Assembly: GCF_001194135.2 (NCBI RefSeq)
Contig: NC_068982.1
Coordinates: forward strand, 174,597,727 to 174,661,726
Direction: 5' to 3'
Length of the DNA: 64,000 nucleotides
Source of the DNA: Octopus bimaculoides
Taxonomy: Eukaryota
Positions 58,185 to 64,000 of the stretch are shown in pieces (position 1 is the stretch's first letter; each line of letters begins with the position of its first letter). The position numbers and the translations under genes are program-made. The notes below the pieces were generated by a model that did no database searches, was not told the DNA's origin, and saw nothing but the letters and a program-made list of their open reading frames with translations.

Positions 58185-59549
58185 AGAATGAAGTAACACA
58201 TGTAGATATCACATTACCTATTGTCAGACTTTTCATAATAGAGTAGACTCAAACCACGCTACATAAGAACCAGATAGTATCATTAAATACTTATAACCAA
58301 ATGAACTCTACTAAAAGTATGTGAAGACCTGGTAGCAGTTGGCATATTAAGTTTTCCTGCTTTTCTGAAAACAAAAAACACACATAATCTGATGAACTTC
58401 AACATAGTTTCTGTCTAATCAGTTTTATTCAGTTGAAGTCACCATATACCCATAGTGAATTCAAATGTGAAGACAATGTGATTGTGAGGCAGACTTCTTG
58501 AGCTTTATTCAGCTTTGTAATAGCTTTCCTCACTCTCTCTTATATTTGAATACACTTTTTATCTGGTTTCTAGTGCTATTTTGTATCATAAATTCGATTG
58601 ATCATTATTTATTTTATCTACCTGTCAATGAAGCAAGTGTAAAAACAGCTAGAAAAGCTGCAAACATACTAGAAATGATAAAATAATTATGTTTTTATAT
58701 CATTTTTGCTACTAAAATTTTCTGTTTTGTGATGAAGCATACTGTTGCTTCCTCAGCAAAGACTATAGTCTTGAAGTGATTGGTTCACAACAAAAAATGA
58801 TGAGCCAATAGATCAGCCCAGCGGTCTTTATTCTTTTGTTGTCATGTATCTAAGGAAATGCATTGCTTGTGTATTTTAATTAATTTTGAAATTAATTAAG
58901 AATTTGGATGGATCTCATAAAATAACTAAGCTTTTCATTATTATGCTGATGTTTGAAACATAGCTAAAGGTTCATACATATACTTATGGAAGGTTTTAGA
59001 GGCTGTCTTAGGCAAATTAATATCAAAAGGATTAATGAGAATGAAAAACAAACAAAGCTTGAGTACCTGAAAATTGGACTCATATACTTTTTACAGCCTG
59101 ATTGTTTATTGGGTAGGAAAGAATATATTCAGCTCTTAAAAAAAAAAATTGTCTTCACACTCGTTCTAATCAGCCTAATTATTTGAGGTGATATTGTAAT
59201 GGTTAGCTTTTCTTTTTAAACCTAGCTGTTATAACAAGTAATTTACTGAAAATTAGGAGTATTTAACCCTAAATACTACTAAAATTATTTTCAACTTCCT
59301 CACTGTTGTTGCTATTGTTATAGTTGAGTAACTCTGGTCTGCTGGAGCAAGCCTACAATTTTGAGGAAGCAAATGAAATGTTTGGAAGTTGACTCACCAA
59401 AAGTTAATTCTTCAGTGTGTTGTCCCAGTCACTCTCTATGAAAGGTTTAGTGATTACCGTAGTAAAAGTAAGCAAATAAATAAATAAAATATAATAAAAG
59501 TTAAATAAATAAAATACAATAGAAGATAAATAAATAGAATTAACAAAAA

Positions 59550-59945
59550 CAGGTGCAAGAGTGGCTGTGTGGTAAGTAGCTTGCTTACCAACCACATGGT
59601 TCCGAGTTCAGTCCCACTGCGTGGCACCTTGGGCAAGTGTCTTCTACTATAGCTTTGGGCCGACCAAAGCCTTGTGAGTGGATTTGGTAGATGGAAACTG
59701 AAAGAAGCCCGTCATATATATGTATATATATATATATGTGTGTGTGTCTGTGTTTGTCTCCCCAACATCGCTTTACAACCGATGGTGGTGTGTTTACGTC
59801 CCCATAACTTAGCGGTTCAGCAAAAGAGACCAATAGAATAAGTACTAGGCTTACAAAGAATAAGTCCTGGGGACAATTTGCTTGACTAAAGGCGGTGCTC
59901 CAGCATGGCCACAGCGAAATGGCTGAAACAAGTAAAAGAGTAAAA
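59550..59945 (+). mobile_element. SINE A, full length, near consensus
   Basis: Complete head, body and 3' end GGCGGTGCTCCAGCATGGCCACAG...GAAACAAGTAAAAGAGTAAAA. Confidence 0.9.
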
Positions 59946-62294
59946 ATATGAGAATGTAAAATTGAATAAGTAAATAAGATAGAAATGGAACAAACAGCTT
60001 CACTACCTTGTTTCATAACAGGTGTTTCTGCTATTTTGATTTTTTTTCTACTTCAAATTTTACTGTTTTATTTTTTAACTGGAGGTAAGGGTTTTGTGCA
60101 TGGCCTTTGCAGGATATCAGAAACCAGTGAGATTGACAGGATTACTGTTGCTCTCATAAGAGGGGGGCAAAAAAGTGCAAGGAGAGATGTTCTGGAGAAC
60201 AAGGGCTGGACACAGTAATTTATGTAGTGGTGGGGGACATAATATAAGTTATGAGAAGAGGAAAGGGTCAGAAGTGCCTGAGTGCTTGTGGTATGAGACT
60301 AACTAGTTCTGAGGAGCAGAAGCCATTGTAGTATATGGAACAGAGAGTAAACATCACATCTGTAGGGCAGATATTGAAATATGTTGGCAATTTCATGCCA
60401 ATCTTTTGGCTGTAGGGGTGAGATGGCTGAATATATAAGCTTTTAGGCTACCTACCCATAAATAGTGAGTTCAAATCATTTCAAGAATTTTCTTTTTGAT
60501 GCTGGCCAGGAAAACAAAATGCTGTATTTTCTTGCATACAAGTCAAACTTTACAGACAAAAATTTACAGCAAAAAAAAATGAAGAGGTAGGTCAACTTAT
60601 ACAACTATATGACTTTGGAGGACCAAAAATTCCAAGTGAAATGCAGTAATATTCAGAAAGATAAGGAAGATGTTCATGCTACATTAACTTGTATGTTGGG
60701 AAATATGGTACTTCAGTTCATATAGCTGTTGGAATATTGTCATCTGCTTCTAATTATGAAACTAGAGTTAGGATTTTAATAGCCCCTTAGAATGTAAAGA
60801 ACAGTTAAATTTTACACAACATATTTTGGATGTAGAAACATGTTTTGTGCCTGTCCTATCTGGCTTGATGGTATCATAAAGGACAAGGCTATTTGAATTA
60901 CTAGTTTAGAGCCAGCTACCTTATAATTTTTTTTTAATGATATCTTGTGATAGTAAACAATTCAGTTATAACCATCTTGTGTGAGGTAATTTAATTAGTG
61001 AATTTCTTTGCACAAAACAATTTTAAAAATCTAGTATTGTAACCTGGGTTTAAACTCATTTGTTTTTCTTTTGTTTCAAGCAAAATAATTTTACAACTGA
61101 ACATTTGCATCTAAAAATAATGTATCAGACAGTCCTAAGGGATTAGAACTTTTGTCTGATTAAAGCTAAGGTCAGGTGTTTTTGTCTTGGCTCTCAGCCA
61201 TAAAAATCATCAAACCACTAATTTTAACCAAACTTTCACTGATAAGTGACATTCTCTCAGTAGAATACAACAGTATTAAAATTATGTAGCGTGACAACAT
61301 AGGATATTTTATTTATTTTTAACTGCAACTTCTAAATTAAAAGGTCTCAAAGGGCTGAGAAAATATATGAGAAAGGGAGAGAGAGAGATCTGAAAAGAGA
61401 ATGAAAGGATATTAACTGCTTAGAAATATTTCACAAGAAATTTAAAATCAGGACAAATGGAAATAAATATTAATTTGACTTAGCATATTTAAGGAAAGCG
61501 TAATTGCATTTACTAGAGTAAAATTGTAAAAAGTATTATTGACTTCTAAATCCTAGGTGTTTAAGAGCCAATGCTTAACTCCTGTTTCATGATATTTCAA
61601 GTTGATGAGAGATAAATCTTTCCTTGGATAGGATGTTACTCTACTGCGAGTAACATTCCCTGAATATTTGTTATCAATTTCTGATTGTTAGAAGAACTGA
61701 GACAAGAAAAATAAAGTATTCTTTATGCAAACGTAATGAAACACATCCGTATTTTTGCTTGTTTCATTTTAAAGAGATACAGAAAATGTCATTTGTAATC
61801 TTGAATAATCTATTTTTTATTTTCTGAACCTGTTGACTTTATATGGAATCCTCTAGTATACAACATTGCCAAAACTACATACAAAAGTCTAAGCTTCTTT
61901 AGTCTTGTTTAGCTGCTAACTTTCTATAAACCTGGAGTTTTAAACACGTATGGATATAAGTATGGTCGTGTGGTTTAGTTGCTCACTTCATGACTGAATG
62001 CTTCCAGGTTAGATCCCATTGCGTAGCAAATTGAACATGTGTCTTCTGCCATAACCATGAGCTGATCAATAACTTGTGAGTAGGATTTGGTTGATGGAAA
62101 CTGTGCAGAAGCCTGTTATGTATGTGCAATAAATATCAGTAAAAAATCTAAACATTGACAAATCAGTGCTGAGTTACAGATACCCCCTTGTTGCTTTCAC
62201 TGTGAGATATGCAGAGAACCAGCCATTGGCTCATTGGAATCAGGGATTAGTACTTTCGTAACCAATAATACTATTATCCATAAATTGTGTAATA

Positions 62295-62670
62295 AAAAAA
62301 CTATATCCTGGACTCTATTGCTGTTACATGTACAAACATCCTGGACTGCATCCACCAGAAGGCTATCCGATTCATTGGCAAACATTCACTTACTAATATA
62401 CTGCAATCAATAGCTCACTTACACACAATTTCTTCCTTGTGTTACTTCTATCACTCCTGCAACTGTGTCTATTTCTATCAGCTAATTATCTCTACTTAGA
62501 TCACTTGACAAAAGTCTATCTTCCTACTGTGATCCACCCACCAGATGCTTTGCTAAACACTTTGCTCAATCATTCCTTTTTAGAACTGAAACCTTAAGAA
62601 ATTCTCTTTTCATCCACATTTTTCTCTAAAACCATTAATCTATTGATATTTGAAAAGGAACATGAAATAC
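62295..62670 (+). mobile_element. CR1/Jockey-group LINE RT C-terminal fragment
   Basis: NILDCIHQKAIRFIGKHSLTNILQSIAH...SSLCYFY and RCFAKHFAQSF, resembling LDRIQRKAIRLIG...LQSLAHRR.VSSLCLFY. Confidence 0.65.
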
Positions 62671-62737
62671 ATTGATTTCACCAGCCTGGGAGTCCTTGCA
62701 AAAGTAATGGCATTGCTCCTTTTGGTGTGAGTAGTGG

Positions 62738-62900
62738 TCAGGTGCAGGCATGGTTGTGTGGTTAAGAAACTTACTTCGCAACCATTTGGTCATGAGTTCA
62801 GTCTCACTGCACAGTACCTTGGGCAAGTGTCTTTTACTCTAGCCATTTGGCTGACCAAAGCCTTGTACATGGACTTGATAGATGGAAAATGAAAGACTGT
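62738..62900 (+). mobile_element. SINE A, 5' half
   Basis: CAGGCATGGTTGTGTGGTTAAG...CCTTGGGCAAGTGTC...GATGGAAAATGAAAGA; a more decayed copy lies at 61958-62120. Confidence 0.8.
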
Positions 62901-63948
62901 CATACGTGTGCGTGTGTGTGTTTAGTGTACTCTTCTCTAGACATCATATGATGGTTATAAATGAGCATCATCATCATGGAAGCAAGGCTGTCTATTTCCC
63001 ATCTTCCATGAAAAACATGTCTGGCCATGGGGAAATATAACCTTACTTGGGAACAGGTGAGAGATGACAACAGGAAGGGCATCCAGCTGTAGATGCCTCA
63101 ACAGATTCTGTCTGATCCATACAAGTCTGTAAAACTGGTTGTTAAATGATGATGATGACTGTACTGACTAGTAATTACTTCATTGCCCCCCAGATAGATG
63201 AAAGGTAATGTTAGCATCAGTGATATTTGAACTCAGTATATAAAGTGATTTAATTAAATACGGTAAAGCAATTAATTTGGATATTTATTGTTTCTGCCAC
63301 TTATGTCCTTGAAACAACCAATAATAACGAGAAAAAAGAAGCAAAGAGATTTTAATTAAATTATGCTTTCTTATATGTGAAAGCTATCGCATTGATGATG
63401 ATGATTACATTCATCATATGTCTAATAATATCCACAGCAATATTTAAAGTTAAGATAATGGTACTGAAATTACTAATGTAATACCAGTGCTGTATCACTT
63501 GTAGAAATAATGACAAGTTACAACTACACATGGTTTATAGCATTGTTGAAACAATAGCTATTGTATGATCCTTTATGGTTTCCCTCATTCAAAGACATAG
63601 TATTAAATAGCTTTTTAATTAGTTTAGCAAGCTTTTCATTTTTCTTTTGTAATTCTATTGTTACCTCTTTCTCCCTGTTGTTTCTCTCATCCTTTCACAA
63701 ATATACATGAAGTATATGTGTGCATTTCAGTGAGTATAGATGCATGTATGTGTTTGTGTGTTTAAGTGTGTAGTGTTAGAAAGATTACTGTTGTTATTTA
63801 AACACAGACATACACAGCAGGCATGTTGTGGTGTAACTGGTAATACAGTTTCCCAGAATGCAATAAATACAAGGCTCAATCACATGTTCCTTTACTTTGC
63901 TATATCAAAATTTTAGCTGTAAATTTATAATTATTCATATTCTTGCAG

Positions 63949-63990
63949 TTAAGGAATTAATTCCGGTCATAAACATTGAGCTGAATTATG
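63949..63990 (+). CDS. Candidate small exon (xKELIPVINIELNYx)
   Basis: TTCATATTCTTGCAG acceptor and ATG|GTACTT donor; 42 nt, phase 1 to 1; only one frame is open. Confidence 0.25.
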
Positions 63991-64000
63991 GTACTTCTGC

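Noticed and set aside
44686-60084. Further + strand AG/GT-bounded open segments (44686-44732, about 48447-48488, 52379-52490, 58425-58475, 60022-60084; also 14691-14780)
   Set aside because: Short, weak sites and no recognisable protein when chained; expected by chance in AT-rich DNA
1-64000. CRISPR arrays, rRNA, prokaryotic operons or contamination
   Set aside because: No regularly spaced repeat-spacer array, no rRNA motifs and no gene-dense segment; the content is uniformly eukaryotic repeat-rich DNA

Overview
AT-rich, microsatellite-dense eukaryotic draft scaffold with six N-gaps (about 3.2 kb). The repeat families resemble those of coleoid cephalopods, most likely Octopus; this is recalled from repeat sequences, not searched. 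No intact protein-coding gene or recognisable host protein is visible, and the long ORFs in the track are gap or microsatellite artefacts. The window is dominated by three to four tRNA-derived SINE families, many 5'-truncated and decayed RTE LINE pieces, one CR1-like fragment, a decayed Tc1 transposase, hAT- and piggyBac-like MITEs, and three CpG-retaining promoter-like islands (about 6.4-7.4, 24.8-28.8 and 39.2-40.4 kb). A few weak candidate exons are listed at low confidence. The main find is a set of (TA)n-anchored inverted-repeat elements. Two unrelated families carry minimal type I hammerhead ribozyme folds with palindromic helix III (5782-5830 and 19065-19160, minus strand), as in Penelope-like elements. 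Family 1 sits twice inside the central microsatellite of the same SINE family. A third family has perfect 89-bp arms. All analysis was by eye; repeat boundaries are approximate unless stated as exact.
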